Source: Candidatus Brocadiia bacterium (GTDB lineage: Bacteria; Planctomycetota; Brocadiia; SM23-32). Taken from it: 43,183 nt of DNA. A program made the translations under genes and the position numbers. The stretch covers positions 1 through 43,183 of the forward strand of contig JBKHIT010000041.1 of NCBI GenBank assembly GCA_046538485.1. Direction: 5' to 3'. The notes beneath the pieces are model-generated. The model was given only the letters and a program-made list of their open reading frames with translations, was not told the origin of the DNA and did no database searches. Each line of letters starts with the position of its first letter. Positions within the stretch are counted from its first letter, which is position 1. Below are positions 27,954 to 37,884 of the stretch, in pieces.

Positions 27954-28979
27954 ATGAGAGGTCATACTTGCACTTATGCTGTCGCTTTTTGTCTCTTCTT
28001 CATTGTGTTCGTTGTTAACGGATGTCGTTCGACAGGTGAGGTCAGCGAAGCGCCACAGCCGGAAGAACCGGGTCCTGAACTCGCAGCCCTGGCCGAGCGT
28101 GCTGAAGAAGCGATGGCGGCGGCGGGTGATTCTGTGGGGCGCGAGTATGCAAATCGCCTGGGCAGCGAACACCGCCCTGCCTGGATCAAGTATTTCAAGA
28201 GCGAGGGGCCCAAACCGTCACGTGGTAATCAGAAACGTGTCGTCCGGAACATCAAGCGGCTTATAGGACTAATCGAAGCCGCCGAGGAATGGCCTGCCCC
28301 CGGCCGCTACACGATTCCTCGTGCGCCTGTGGCGCCGGTGATCGATGGGAAGCTTGACGAAAAAGTTTGGAAACAGGCAGCAATGTGGGACGAGGTTTAT
28401 CCTTTCAACAAGAGGGAGGCTGAAGGCCCGAAAACCATCTGGCGGGTGTTGTGGGACGAACAAAACCTGTACTTCGGCTTTGAATGTGCTGACGAGGATA
28501 TTGTGGCGCCCGACAGGAAAAGAGATGGTCACATATACTTCGATGATTGCGTCGAGATGTTTATCCTCCCTGTTTTTCGTTTCCGCACCTATTGGGAGAT
28601 TGTCATCGCCCCTAACGGATGCCTGTTCGATTCTGTCCAGTGTAAACATACAAAGAAATGGGGTTGCATTCCTGACCGATCTCAGAGTGTAGAAGGAATG
28701 CAGCACGCTGAAAACATTCGCGGCACTCTCAACGACTCTGAGGACACGGATGAGGGATATACAGTGGAGGTGGCAATTCCCTTTTCACAGTTGCCCGGCT
28801 ACACGCGATGCGGGCCGAAAGCCGGAGATCAGCTGCATTTCATGTTGGTGCGTCTGGACCGGATCAATGGGGAGTTCAAAACTTACGCATTCCGTCCTCT
28901 GCAGGCCTGGGGACATAATATCTGGAATCATGCGGTGATGGAGCTGGGAAAAGCAGGAAGTCAACAGGGAACGGAATGA
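27954..28979 (+). CDS. Lipoprotein with carbohydrate-binding family 9-like domain
   Basis: Lipobox-like VVNGC; APVIDGKLDEKVW, LWDEQNLYF, DDCVEMF, GYTVEVAIPF. Confidence 0.8.
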   Translation: MRGHTCTYAVAFCLFFIVFVVNGCRSTGEVSEAPQPEEPGPELAALAERAEEAMAAAGDSVGREYANRLGSEHRPAWIKYFKSEGPKPSRGNQKRVVRNIKRLIGLIEAAEEWPAPGRYTIPRAPVAPVIDGKLDEKVWKQAAMWDEVYPFNKREAEGPKTIWRVLWDEQNLYFGFECADEDIVAPDRKRDGHIYFDDCVEMFILPVFRFRTYWEIVIAPNGCLFDSVQCKHTKKWGCIPDRSQSVEGMQHAENIRGTLNDSEDTDEGYTVEVAIPFSQLPGYTRCGPKAGDQLHFMLVRLDRINGEFKTYAFRPLQAWGHNIWNHAVMELGKAGSQQGTE

Positions 28980-29072
28980 GAAGTTCTCTGTCTGGCCAAG
29001 CCACGGATTGGATTGAACGTTCGGATGACAGGGTTTGCAGAGGCGAGGCGGTAAAGTAAAATAGGATTTGGA

Positions 29073-32000
29073 ATGGGAAGAACTACTCGAAAAGTAAAAT
29101 TGTCTTACCGTCTGACCGCGCCGAAGTCCGTGGCTTTTGCTATTCTGCTGGCAGTCGTCTTTGTATGTGCGGGGATGTCCGCCGAATCACCGACCTCTTA
29201 CGGGGCAGCTGCGACCGTCGATGCTGCTTTCGTCCGCGTTCCGATGGCCCAAAAACCACCGACTATCGATGGCCAGATGAAAGAAGGCGAATGGGCCGAT
29301 GCCTCGTCGTTGACTGGGTTCTGGTATGATTCTGGAGGGAGCGCTTTCAATTATCTCGCGCCCAGTGAGACCCAGAATAAAGCGTACTTCATGTATGACC
29401 GGGACAATTTGTATGTGGCCGTGATCTATCCGGTCTATCCGAAAGGCTCGTGGCTGAAAGCTAAAGGCCGTTTTCCCAACGTTCTGAGGCATCCCCGTTA
29501 TGGCGTTCTGGGAGACGATCACGTGGAATTGGAGTTGCGTCCGTACCACGATCCTGGGCGCGGTTTTAAACTGGGGCTGTATCGCTGGGATGTCAACTCC
29601 CTCAACACCGTCTGCGACTGGACCTGGTCGTTGAAACGGGGTTCTTACGACATGACCTGGCAGTCTGACGCCGTGATTCGCTCGAAAATCGATGCCGAAC
29701 GCTGGGTCACCGAGTACGCGATTCCTTTCGAACCCATGAAGCAGGGCGATTACGCCGGGAAAGACGAGGAGGGCCAGCCGCTCGTGGAATTGCCGCCATC
29801 CGACGGGACAAAGTACCGCTTCTGGCTCCACTGCGGACTTGGCGGCTCCGGCCTCCCTCTCACAAATGTCTTTGATCAGCATATCTGGAATACAACCAAA
29901 GGGCAGCTTGTCTTCGATTCGCAGTGCGTGGCGTTCCAGATCAACGATATGGGGCCGATTATGGACGATGTGATCGATGTGCGGATGCACGTGAAGAACC
30001 ACAGCCCGCATTCCGAGACCATGCGACTCGGTTTTTTTGTTGAAAGTGGGGAGGGCCTTGTTTATTCCAGCTACAATTCGCCGAAATTGACCGAAGGGCT
30101 TCTTGAACTTCGCCCCGGCGAGGAAAAAGACCTGCGTCTCCGCAAAGCGTTTCCGGGAATCACCAAATATGGCAACGTTTTGTGGTTCGACGTACGGAGC
30201 GCCGGGCGACCGGCCAAGGTTCTTTTCCGAGCGCGCCTGATGCGGTTCAATTCCCGCCGCGGGGGCGAGATGGAAGTCAGCCGTCCGGTGCTGGACCCTG
30301 ATACTGGAGAACCTGTGCTGAATCCGAACACCGGGCTCCCACTGAAGGAAGTCAAGATGGAACCTTACGTGGAACTCCTGCCAGAGAAGCTGCGCAAGGC
30401 CCGGCCCAAACGCACGGATTTCGACGCCTGGGTGAAGGTCTCGCACTACGACAAACGCGTCTTCGTCGTCGTGGACCGCGGCATCGCCGGCGCCAGCGAA
30501 GAAGTCGGTCGCGCCGAGGAAGCCCGGCTCGTCGTCATGAGGGATGATCTGGACGAAACCCCGGTCGCCGAAGCGCTGACAGATTTCCGCGGGGCTTTTG
30601 CCTGGTTCCTCCTCGATATCCCGAATCTGGCGGAAGGGGATTCCTACAAAGCCGACATCCTGCTGTTCGACGAAAACAAACGCATTGTGGGGGAGAAAAA
30701 ACTGGGCCAATTTACATACCGGGGCGGGCCCTGGAAAAATAACAAACTCGGTCTTGATGACGTCGTCTGGGAAGGCATGGAGCCGATCGAGACCGATGAG
30801 AATGATCTGGAGACCGGTAAGCACAATATAGCAGTATCGCCGCAGGGGCTTCCATCTCAGATTTTTATCCGACCTGATCCACGCGAACTGCCCCTCGAAG
30901 TGCGCGAGGGTGGGATGAAGCTCAGTGAAGATGATCTGATCGAAATCGGACGCGGACCTCAACTGCGCGATTCTATGCGGCTGGAAGCGACGATTGACGG
31001 ACAACGTGTACCGGGCGAAGTTGTCCGCGCGGCCCGGCTTATCCGGCGGGGCAAAAGCGAAGTCGAATATGAGTCTGTTATGAGATTCGGGGAACTGGAG
31101 GTGGCCCTGAAAAGCCGCTACGATTGTGATGGATCCCTGCACTGCCGGCTCGAATACGGCGGCGAGAAACCGGTGGATATTGAGAAATTGGAGATGGTGA
31201 TGCCCACCAGTGGTCTGGTTGATATCGGTTTTGCCGAGACGGGCCGGGGCGGCATGACGGCTGCGGATACGTGGGAATGTTCATTGCCGGATCACGAAGG
31301 GGTCGTCTGGGACAGCAAACGGAGCCGGCGCCCGCTGGCCTACGGCCGTTTCGTGCCCTGGTTCTGGTTCGGAAGCGGCGACCGCGGATTCACCTTCTAC
31401 TGCGACAGCTCCGAAGGTTGGATCATAGATCCGGACGGTTCGACTCTGCAGCTGGAGCGGAATGGTGACGGTGAAGTGACGATGCGTGTGCAATTTGTGA
31501 ATCACCAGACGACAGTTGAGTGCAAACACACCATCCCGTTCTCGTTGCTTGTGCATCCGGCCAAGGACAAACCCGACGACTACCGCACCGCGGCCTGGCA
31601 CTACACGCTGGGACCGGCCTGGGCCGCCGGGTACTGGGTCGAACCGTATGATCTGCCGGCGGAGGTGTTGAAGAAAAAATGGCATCAGGCCGCGCAGGCA
31701 CCAAAGGAGATGCCCTACGAAAAGGCCACAAGCTGGCGTAAGGACGAGCCCCCGTTCTACCGTTACGGAAAATGGCGGAACGCCCAGGCCGGCTTCAGCA
31801 AGGAATGCCCGGCCCTCGACCGGATGTGGGAGGATAAGGCGACGTACCTGTTCGAGCGGCAGATCCGTGTCGGCCGTCGCGTTGGCTGGCACATGGACGA
31901 ATACTGGCCCGTCGGGTTCGGGTATTCCGATAATCTGGCTATGGGCGATGGTTACATCGTTTCGGAGGAAAACATCACCGAGGACGCTCCTCTGCCGTGG

Positions 32001-32888
32001 GCGGGCGGTTACCTCACGGGGCATCAACGGGATCATTACAAACGGTTGGCCCGCATTGCCAAAATAAATAACGTCCCACTGCGCCATCAGTCCTGGTCCA
32101 ATAACGAAGCGACGATGCTGGAATCGTTCTGGTGGAGCAGCTTTTTGGTGGAGGCCTGCGGAGCAATGCATCGGTCCTACGAAATCGATGTCATCACCCA
32201 GTTCCCCAGTTCCGTTTATCGGTACCTTGCTCACAATTTCAATGGTTTGGCGACCGCCCACATGGCCGACGCAACTTTTGCGGAATACGGCGACGACGAT
32301 CGCCTGGATCGGCAGATTATGGGCCGGGCGCTGCTCAATGATATCGGCGTGACTCCCAGCGGGGCGCACGGGATTATTTACCACAAAGAAGATGCTGTGC
32401 GCCTTTTGACGGCACTTGCGGATTTCGGGTTCTTTGATGATGAAGAAATCGAAAAACTGCCCTACTGGCGAAACGCGCCCTACATCCGTATCGGCGAAAA
32501 ACCTTCCACAGAAAGTGAAGTATACGTCACGGTCTACCGGCGACGACTCGAAGACGGCAATGGATATAAAGCCCTTTTCGTGATCATGAACGAGAGCCGC
32601 AAACCGACTGAACTTCCGTTGCACCTGGTTGATGTCGAACGGATATTGGGCGGGCCGAATACCCTCCAGGCGGGTGAAGCGCGGTCCCGCTTCACTATGC
32701 CGAAGGAGTTGGAGGATTGGTGGACCGAGGCGAGAGGCGGACGCAATGAAAATGCCAGAGTTCTGATGGATCTCGAGTCGGGTCAGGTGGTGGCGGGCGA
32801 ACCCGAGTCAGAAGAGACATACGGGCCAATCTACGTGCCTTATCACGATTTCCGCGTGTTCGTGGCGCGACATCAGGGGGACCAGTAA
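29073..32888 (+). CDS. Large exported protein: CBM9-like N-terminus plus DUF6067/GH123-like glycoside hydrolase region
   Basis: Signal peptide; PPTIDG...EW, MYDRDNLY, WVTEYAIPF; WFGSGDRGF, LVHPAK, WHMDEYW, ALLNDIG, LPYWRN. The family call is by pattern recognition. Confidence 0.7.
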   Translation: MGRTTRKVKLSYRLTAPKSVAFAILLAVVFVCAGMSAESPTSYGAAATVDAAFVRVPMAQKPPTIDGQMKEGEWADASSLTGFWYDSGGSAFNYLAPSETQNKAYFMYDRDNLYVAVIYPVYPKGSWLKAKGRFPNVLRHPRYGVLGDDHVELELRPYHDPGRGFKLGLYRWDVNSLNTVCDWTWSLKRGSYDMTWQSDAVIRSKIDAERWVTEYAIPFEPMKQGDYAGKDEEGQPLVELPPSDGTKYRFWLHCGLGGSGLPLTNVFDQHIWNTTKGQLVFDSQCVAFQINDMGPIMDDVIDVRMHVKNHSPHSETMRLGFFVESGEGLVYSSYNSPKLTEGLLELRPGEEKDLRLRKAFPGITKYGNVLWFDVRSAGRPAKVLFRARLMRFNSRRGGEMEVSRPVLDPDTGEPVLNPNTGLPLKEVKMEPYVELLPEKLRKARPKRTDFDAWVKVSHYDKRVFVVVDRGIAGASEEVGRAEEARLVVMRDDLDETPVAEALTDFRGAFAWFLLDIPNLAEGDSYKADILLFDENKRIVGEKKLGQFTYRGGPWKNNKLGLDDVVWEGMEPIETDENDLETGKHNIAVSPQGLPSQIFIRPDPRELPLEVREGGMKLSEDDLIEIGRGPQLRDSMRLEATIDGQRVPGEVVRAARLIRRGKSEVEYESVMRFGELEVALKSRYDCDGSLHCRLEYGGEKPVDIEKLEMVMPTSGLVDIGFAETGRGGMTAADTWECSLPDHEGVVWDSKRSRRPLAYGRFVPWFWFGSGDRGFTFYCDSSEGWIIDPDGSTLQLERNGDGEVTMRVQFVNHQTTVECKHTIPFSLLVHPAKDKPDDYRTAAWHYTLGPAWAAGYWVEPYDLPAEVLKKKWHQAAQAPKEMPYEKATSWRKDEPPFYRYGKWRNAQAGFSKECPALDRMWEDKATYLFERQIRVGRRVGWHMDEYWPVGFGYSDNLAMGDGYIVSEENITEDAPLPWAGGYLTGHQRDHYKRLARIAKINNVPLRHQSWSNNEATMLESFWWSSFLVEACGAMHRSYEIDVITQFPSSVYRYLAHNFNGLATAHMADATFAEYGDDDRLDRQIMGRALLNDIGVTPSGAHGIIYHKEDAVRLLTALADFGFFDDEEIEKLPYWRNAPYIRIGEKPSTESEVYVTVYRRRLEDGNGYKALFVIMNESRKPTELPLHLVDVERILGGPNTLQAGEARSRFTMPKELEDWWTEARGGRNENARVLMDLESGQVVAGEPESEETYGPIYVPYHDFRVFVARHQGDQ

Positions 32889-34750
32889 TGTCGAACACAG
32901 CAAGAAATAACCGCAGAAAGAAAGCCCTGGGCCTCGCGGCGGCGATTCTGGCACTATCTTCTTTTTGCCTGGCTGTCCAGCCCGGTGAGGCGGACCAGGA
33001 AAATATGGCATTCGTGGCCGGAAGACTGCGTTTTGCAATTGGGAAGAATGCTCTGCCAGCGCAGATCCAGATCGTCCCTGCCCGGGAAGACCTTCCGCTT
33101 GAACTGCGCGGGGAAGATGCCGATGAACCGTCACCCGAGCTGTTGCGGCGGATCGGTCGGGGACCCCAACTGGCCGCCCCAATGCGCCTGGTTGCCACGG
33201 TGGGGGGTAACGATGTGGCTTTGTCCCCGGAACAAGAGATCTCCATCAAGCGGACAAAAGGGAAGGTCACGTGTGAAAGTTCCCTGGCCGGGGAAGAAAT
33301 TATGGCAGAACTTCAGGTGGCCTACGCCCCGGACGGAGCTATGCAGGTTTCGATTACGTATAGTGGGCGGGAAGTCAATGATCTTGCTCTGGTTATGGAT
33401 CTGAGCGGACCTGTTGATACCGTGGTTTCTGGAGGAGCACCATTCGATTCCCCCGATGTCGCGCTCCGCGAGGGGGAAGGTTTGCTCTGGGGCAATGCGA
33501 AGCCATCGGAGAAAAAGAAGGATGAGAAGCCAGCACCCGAAAGCCGCGGACGACCCGGCGTCCCCGGGCACATGTTCTGGGGCAGCGGCGATCGCGGTTT
33601 CACCTGGCTGTGTAATGATGCCGACGGGTGGACTGTGACGCCCGAAAATCCGACGATAACCCTGAGACGTGATGAGACCGGCATGGTGACCTGGCGGGCC
33701 ATACTGGTGAACCATACTTCTCGCTTGAAAGGCAAAAAAACGATTGCTTTTACCCTCCTGACCCATCCCGCCATCGAACCCGACACTGACCAGCGAGCGG
33801 TTGAGTGGCTTAAATGGCCCGACGGAGGAAAGGGCATATTGACTCCTCCCCTGACAGCGGCTGCGCGCAAGGCAAAAGTGGGCCCTGTCAGAGCCGACCG
33901 GGCGGGCGTCTACGAAACTCTGACCGTGGGGAGTGTTTTGATCGGTCCGGCGGGGGGCAATGCGCGGTCGGTGGGCCAGACGCTGGCCGACAGCTTTCCA
34001 CTTCCTCTTTTCCGCTACCTGGCGGGTACGCACACCGGCTTGCCCGGCCGTCTGAAGAGCAATACACGGGAACTCGGGCGGGCCGGCATGAACCCGGCCT
34101 GCGATCGCATGGCGATTGGACGGGCTCTGCTCCACGATGTGGGTTGTGACCCGGAGGGCGTGGTCCACCTGGCAATGATGGCTCGATTGATGCAAGGACT
34201 CGCAAAATTCCGTTATTTTGTCCGGGATGGTAAGACGGAATATATTCCCTACTGGCGCAGCGAGAACGCCGTGAGATATGGGGAACGTTTTAGCAAGGAT
34301 GACGCCTTTACCCTGACCAGAGAAGACCCGATGGCGCGCGTCCACACATCCGTTTGGGTGCGAGCCGCACCCGATGGGAAAGAGGGAAGACAGGCGTTGA
34401 TCCTCGTGGTGAACGAAGGAAAAAAAGCAGTTCGGCAACAGCTGTACATTCTGGATCCTCAACGACTTTTCGGCGGGCATAATCAATTCCGAAAAAGCGA
34501 TATGGTTGATCGGTGGGATGGAAACGGTATTCCAGAAGACAGTGACTGGGCTCTTGCGAAATTGCGCCGAGAGGGAACACATTCGGTCGAAATGGGCACG
34601 AAAAGGCGCGGAAATGTTCCGTTTCTGCTGGATGTGGAAGATCTGGGTGGCGTGGACCAGTCGGTGGCCAATGAAGACACCGAGGTGTATCATCGATTAC
34701 ATGTGCCCGCGCGGAGTTTTCGACTGCTCTACGGAAGAGGTGAACAGTAG
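32888..34750 (+). CDS. Exported paralog of the C-terminal half of the upstream protein
   Basis: Signal peptide; shared blocks IGRGPQL, GSGDRGFT, HPA, RYLA, GRALL.D.G, PYWR; TAATG coupling. Confidence 0.75.
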   Translation: MSNTARNNRRKKALGLAAAILALSSFCLAVQPGEADQENMAFVAGRLRFAIGKNALPAQIQIVPAREDLPLELRGEDADEPSPELLRRIGRGPQLAAPMRLVATVGGNDVALSPEQEISIKRTKGKVTCESSLAGEEIMAELQVAYAPDGAMQVSITYSGREVNDLALVMDLSGPVDTVVSGGAPFDSPDVALREGEGLLWGNAKPSEKKKDEKPAPESRGRPGVPGHMFWGSGDRGFTWLCNDADGWTVTPENPTITLRRDETGMVTWRAILVNHTSRLKGKKTIAFTLLTHPAIEPDTDQRAVEWLKWPDGGKGILTPPLTAAARKAKVGPVRADRAGVYETLTVGSVLIGPAGGNARSVGQTLADSFPLPLFRYLAGTHTGLPGRLKSNTRELGRAGMNPACDRMAIGRALLHDVGCDPEGVVHLAMMARLMQGLAKFRYFVRDGKTEYIPYWRSENAVRYGERFSKDDAFTLTREDPMARVHTSVWVRAAPDGKEGRQALILVVNEGKKAVRQQLYILDPQRLFGGHNQFRKSDMVDRWDGNGIPEDSDWALAKLRREGTHSVEMGTKRRGNVPFLLDVEDLGGVDQSVANEDTEVYHRLHVPARSFRLLYGRGEQ

Positions 34751-34787
34751 AATGGTGTGGGGGGCGAGGCAGAGCGAGTTGCGAACG

Positions 34788-35235
34788 GAGTGAACCCGGG
34801 GGAAACGTGACGTGTCGAAAACATGAAAGCCCCCGAAGGGGGCGCAGCAGAGCTAGCCCCGGGTGAACCGAGTGAACCCGGGGGAAATGTGACGTATGGG
34901 AAATATGAGAGTCCCGAAGGGCCGATGCAGGGAAGAGCACATTGAACGCAACACGAAGAGAAACGTGTAGAGGCATCCGACTGCGCAACTTCTGCGTCAC
35001 CCCTTCGGGGTTTGGAAATTATGTGGTGTTCTGGAGTCCCGGGGTTTGCCCGAACACCGGGCGCACCCCGGGCTATGTCTGCCATCGCCCCCTGTCGGGG
35101 GCTGAAAATCAACGTAAATAAGCCCCCGAAGGGGGCGCAGCAGGGCCAGCCCCGGGCGAACGCAGTGAACCCGCGGGAGACTTTTTCGTGGCAAACGGGT
35201 GGGATATTTATCTACGAAAGCCCGCCGAGCCCTTG
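34788..35235. repeat. Cluster of GC-rich REP-like palindromes
   Basis: 82-bp-period tandem units (34788, 34870) with GCCCCCGAAGGGGGC and CCCCGGG hairpins; an inverted copy at ~34997-35105 and another direct copy at ~35120-35180. Confidence 0.85.
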
Positions 35236-35292
35236 AAAAATGCCAGGCGTTCAACCAAAATCTAGGAAAACTCGTTGCATTCAGGAGTCTTT

Positions 35293-36225
35293 ATGATCCG
35301 CCGTCGAATCCAAATTTTGACGACTGTTTTGCTTTTAGCAACTGCGCCTTTGCTGGCCGGTGAACCATCTTTTGAACTGGACGAAGACGAAAAAAAGGCC
35401 CCGGGCGAACGGACCGTAGTTGTCAGCTCGGCGAAAGAGCTCGCCGAGGCCGGTGTGTCCGGTCGCGGTACCCGAAAGATAGCCCGGGAAATTGAGGAGA
35501 TTCTGAAAGATCAGCCGGAAGGCACGAAAGTCAGGGTGGTGATCGGCGAAATAACCGAAGGTTCGGTTCGCTGGCGACTCATTTATGCCAAGTCGGTGGC
35601 CCCTCTCGATGACAAGGGACGTCCGCACGGCGTGGAACATATGGTAACCGGATTAAAAACCGGCGTTACGACGCCCGCGGCTCTTCGCAAGGTTCCCTGG
35701 GAACATGGGGTTCGTCATGGTATCGCGAAAGAATACGTCGGAAAAAAGCTCGTCGCTGAAGTGCCGTGGGAAGAGGGCAAAATCGACGGAGTGCGGAAAA
35801 GCTATTACCGGAACGGGCAAATTCAGAGCAAGACACATTACGTTGACGGCCAGGCCCACGGCCCGGTCCGCACCTGGGACAAAGAGGGCGAATTGATCAA
35901 AAAAGGAACCTTCAAGAAGGGGAAACGTCACGGAAAATTCACGGAATACTGGCCCGGAACCGAAAAACCGCGGCGCATCATACAGTATCGGAACGGGTAT
36001 GCCCACGGCGTGGTCCGGGAATATTATCTCAGCGGAAAACTCCGGCGGAAACGCACCCTGGTCGACGGTGTTCTGCACGGCCGCGATATGTCTTATAACG
36101 AAAAGGGCGAGATGACCGCAAAACGCTACTGGTTCGATGGCGATCCTGTCACCCGCAAAGAATTCAAACGGCGTGGGAAAAAGCAAAAACAGAAGGCAGA
36201 GGATGATAGCGAAAAGAAAGATTAG
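35293..36225 (+). CDS. Exported MORN-variant repeat (YwqK-like) protein
   Basis: Signal peptide; repeated units such as GVRHGIAKEY, GKIDGVRKSYY.NG, GKRHGKFTEYW. Confidence 0.85.
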   Translation: MIRRRIQILTTVLLLATAPLLAGEPSFELDEDEKKAPGERTVVVSSAKELAEAGVSGRGTRKIAREIEEILKDQPEGTKVRVVIGEITEGSVRWRLIYAKSVAPLDDKGRPHGVEHMVTGLKTGVTTPAALRKVPWEHGVRHGIAKEYVGKKLVAEVPWEEGKIDGVRKSYYRNGQIQSKTHYVDGQAHGPVRTWDKEGELIKKGTFKKGKRHGKFTEYWPGTEKPRRIIQYRNGYAHGVVREYYLSGKLRRKRTLVDGVLHGRDMSYNEKGEMTAKRYWFDGDPVTRKEFKRRGKKQKQKAEDDSEKKD

Positions 36226-37219
36226 CGGACCCTTTATTGCTTTGTTGCTGGGATGTGTGCTGGCTTCGGCTGCGGTTGATGATGCGGAGTGGAAACATAT
36301 TACGCGGGACAATGGATTGCCCGGTATGCGGGTGCAGTTTCTACAGCGTGACGCCGACTCAGTCTGGGTCGGGACGCTCGGCGGACTGGCCGTTTTCAAG
36401 AACGGCGAAGCCACAACCGTGCTCAAAGGCGAAGCCGTTTGGGACATCCTTCCCATGGACGAAGGACGGCACTGGATCGGAACCGATAAAGGCATCCTTC
36501 GGCTCGAGCGGCAGAAAACAACCCGCAGTCTGTCGGGTTATTCCGTCGGCCGAATCGCGGCTTTCGGCGATGATAGTGCACTGGCGGTGGCCGACCGAAG
36601 AGATGAGACTCGACTTTTCCGGTTCGCTGATACAAAATGGGAACCTGTTGGCCATTTCGCCCGCGAAGTGGTCAGCGACCTGTTCGAAACCCCTGACGGT
36701 AAAGTCTGGATGCTGATGGAGGCCAACGGGGTAGTCGTGGCTGACCCCGATGTTCCGCCCGAGAAATGGCAACGTCACCTGCAGGGAATCAACGTCACCT
36801 CGTTTTGCAGGGATACCGAAGGGCGCGTGTGGTGTGGGACCTGGGGGCGGGGCATCAGGGCGTACGATGGGGAAAAATGGGAACCGCTTCTGAACAAGGA
36901 AGATTCAACCATCACAACAATTCGGGAAGATGGCAAAGGCCATATATGGGCTGCGACCAACGCCAATGGCTTGTGGCAGTTCGATGGAAGCCAATGGCAA
37001 AATTGCCTGCACAAAGAAGGATCTATCAACGTTCTTAAAGTTCCCGGTGACGGAAAAGTCTATATCAGCAGCCAGTCAGTCTGCGACCTCAGGGTCTGGA
37101 CCGGGAAACAGTGGAGCACGGTGCTGGAGGCGCCCACGATGTTCCGCGACATCGTCATCGGACCCAATAAAAAGGTATGGGCCGGCAATACCGTGACGGG
37201 GCTTTACGTCCAGAAATGA
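36203..37219 (+). CDS. Exported beta-propeller protein (two-component regulator propeller repeats)
   Basis: Signal peptide; NGLP, VWVGTLGGL, DTEGRVWCGTWG.GI, EDGKGHIWAAT. No kinase domain. Confidence 0.82.
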   Translation: MIAKRKISGPFIALLLGCVLASAAVDDAEWKHITRDNGLPGMRVQFLQRDADSVWVGTLGGLAVFKNGEATTVLKGEAVWDILPMDEGRHWIGTDKGILRLERQKTTRSLSGYSVGRIAAFGDDSALAVADRRDETRLFRFADTKWEPVGHFAREVVSDLFETPDGKVWMLMEANGVVVADPDVPPEKWQRHLQGINVTSFCRDTEGRVWCGTWGRGIRAYDGEKWEPLLNKEDSTITTIREDGKGHIWAATNANGLWQFDGSQWQNCLHKEGSINVLKVPGDGKVYISSQSVCDLRVWTGKQWSTVLEAPTMFRDIVIGPNKKVWAGNTVTGLYVQK

Positions 37220-37250
37220 CGACTCTGGAGGCCTGCTGGGCTTTACTCGA

Positions 37251-37340
37251 TCATATTCTGAAAACGACGTACCGGGCAGCGGAGGCCAGAACGTGAACGT
37301 GGGCATGTCCGGCGCCGACAAGAACCAGCCGTTTTCCCAT
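37251..37340 (-). pseudogene. 5' stub of an FAD-dependent pyridine nucleotide-disulfide oxidoreductase
   Basis: ATG directly after the cobO stop: MGKRLVLVGAGHAHVHVL…, stop after 29 codons. Confidence 0.7.
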
Positions 37341-37868
37341 TTATTTCTCTACACCTTCCTGCGCTTTGCGTCCGGTGTGAAGACCATGTTTGATGCACTG
37401 CATTTTCGTGACGGTATCGGCGGCGTCGCAAAACGATTGAGGGGCGTCGCGACCCGTCAAAACGAGACAGAGGTCCGACGGGGCGTTCCCGATGAGCTGG
37501 AGCACCTGATTTTCTTCCAGAATACTCTCGCGGACCGCGAGGGAGATTTCGTCGAGGACAATCAGGTCGTAATCGCCGGATTGAACAGCGGTTTGTGCCT
37601 TTTTGAGTCCTTCTTGTGCGGCCTCCTGATGCTTCTTGAATTCGGGACGGCTCGGTTCGGGGATCCAGCCCAGCCCGGACTGGAGGATCTCGCATCCGGC
37701 CAATTGCTCGATGGCATCAATTTCCCCTGTCGAGGAATCGGCCTTGCAGAACTGGATCACGAGCGTCCGCATGCCGTGTCCGCTTGCCCGGAGTGCCATT
37801 CCGAGAGCGGCGGTGGTCTTGCCTTTGCCGTCACCGGTGAAAACCAGGACCCGTGGTTCTGTGTTCAT
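37341..37868 (-). CDS. cobO: Cob(I)alamin adenosyltransferase (CobO/BtuR)
   Basis: VFTGDGKGKTTAALG.ALRA.GHG, IVLDEI, VLTGR.AP, ADTVT.M..IKH. Confidence 0.93.
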   Translation of the reverse strand: MNTEPRVLVFTGDGKGKTTAALGMALRASGHGMRTLVIQFCKADSSTGEIDAIEQLAGCEILQSGLGWIPEPSRPEFKKHQEAAQEGLKKAQTAVQSGDYDLIVLDEISLAVRESILEENQVLQLIGNAPSDLCLVLTGRDAPQSFCDAADTVTKMQCIKHGLHTGRKAQEGVEK

Positions 37869-37884
37869 TTTTTTATCTCCGTTG

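Noticed and set aside
29187..34693. Long antisense ORFs (651, 447 and 520 aa) and similar shadows opposite other genes
   Set aside because: They are shadow frames of GC-rich coding genes with no protein motifs.
34788..35235. Possible CRISPR array
   Set aside because: The repeats are degenerate and mixed in orientation, the intervening sequences are not unique, and there are no cas genes.
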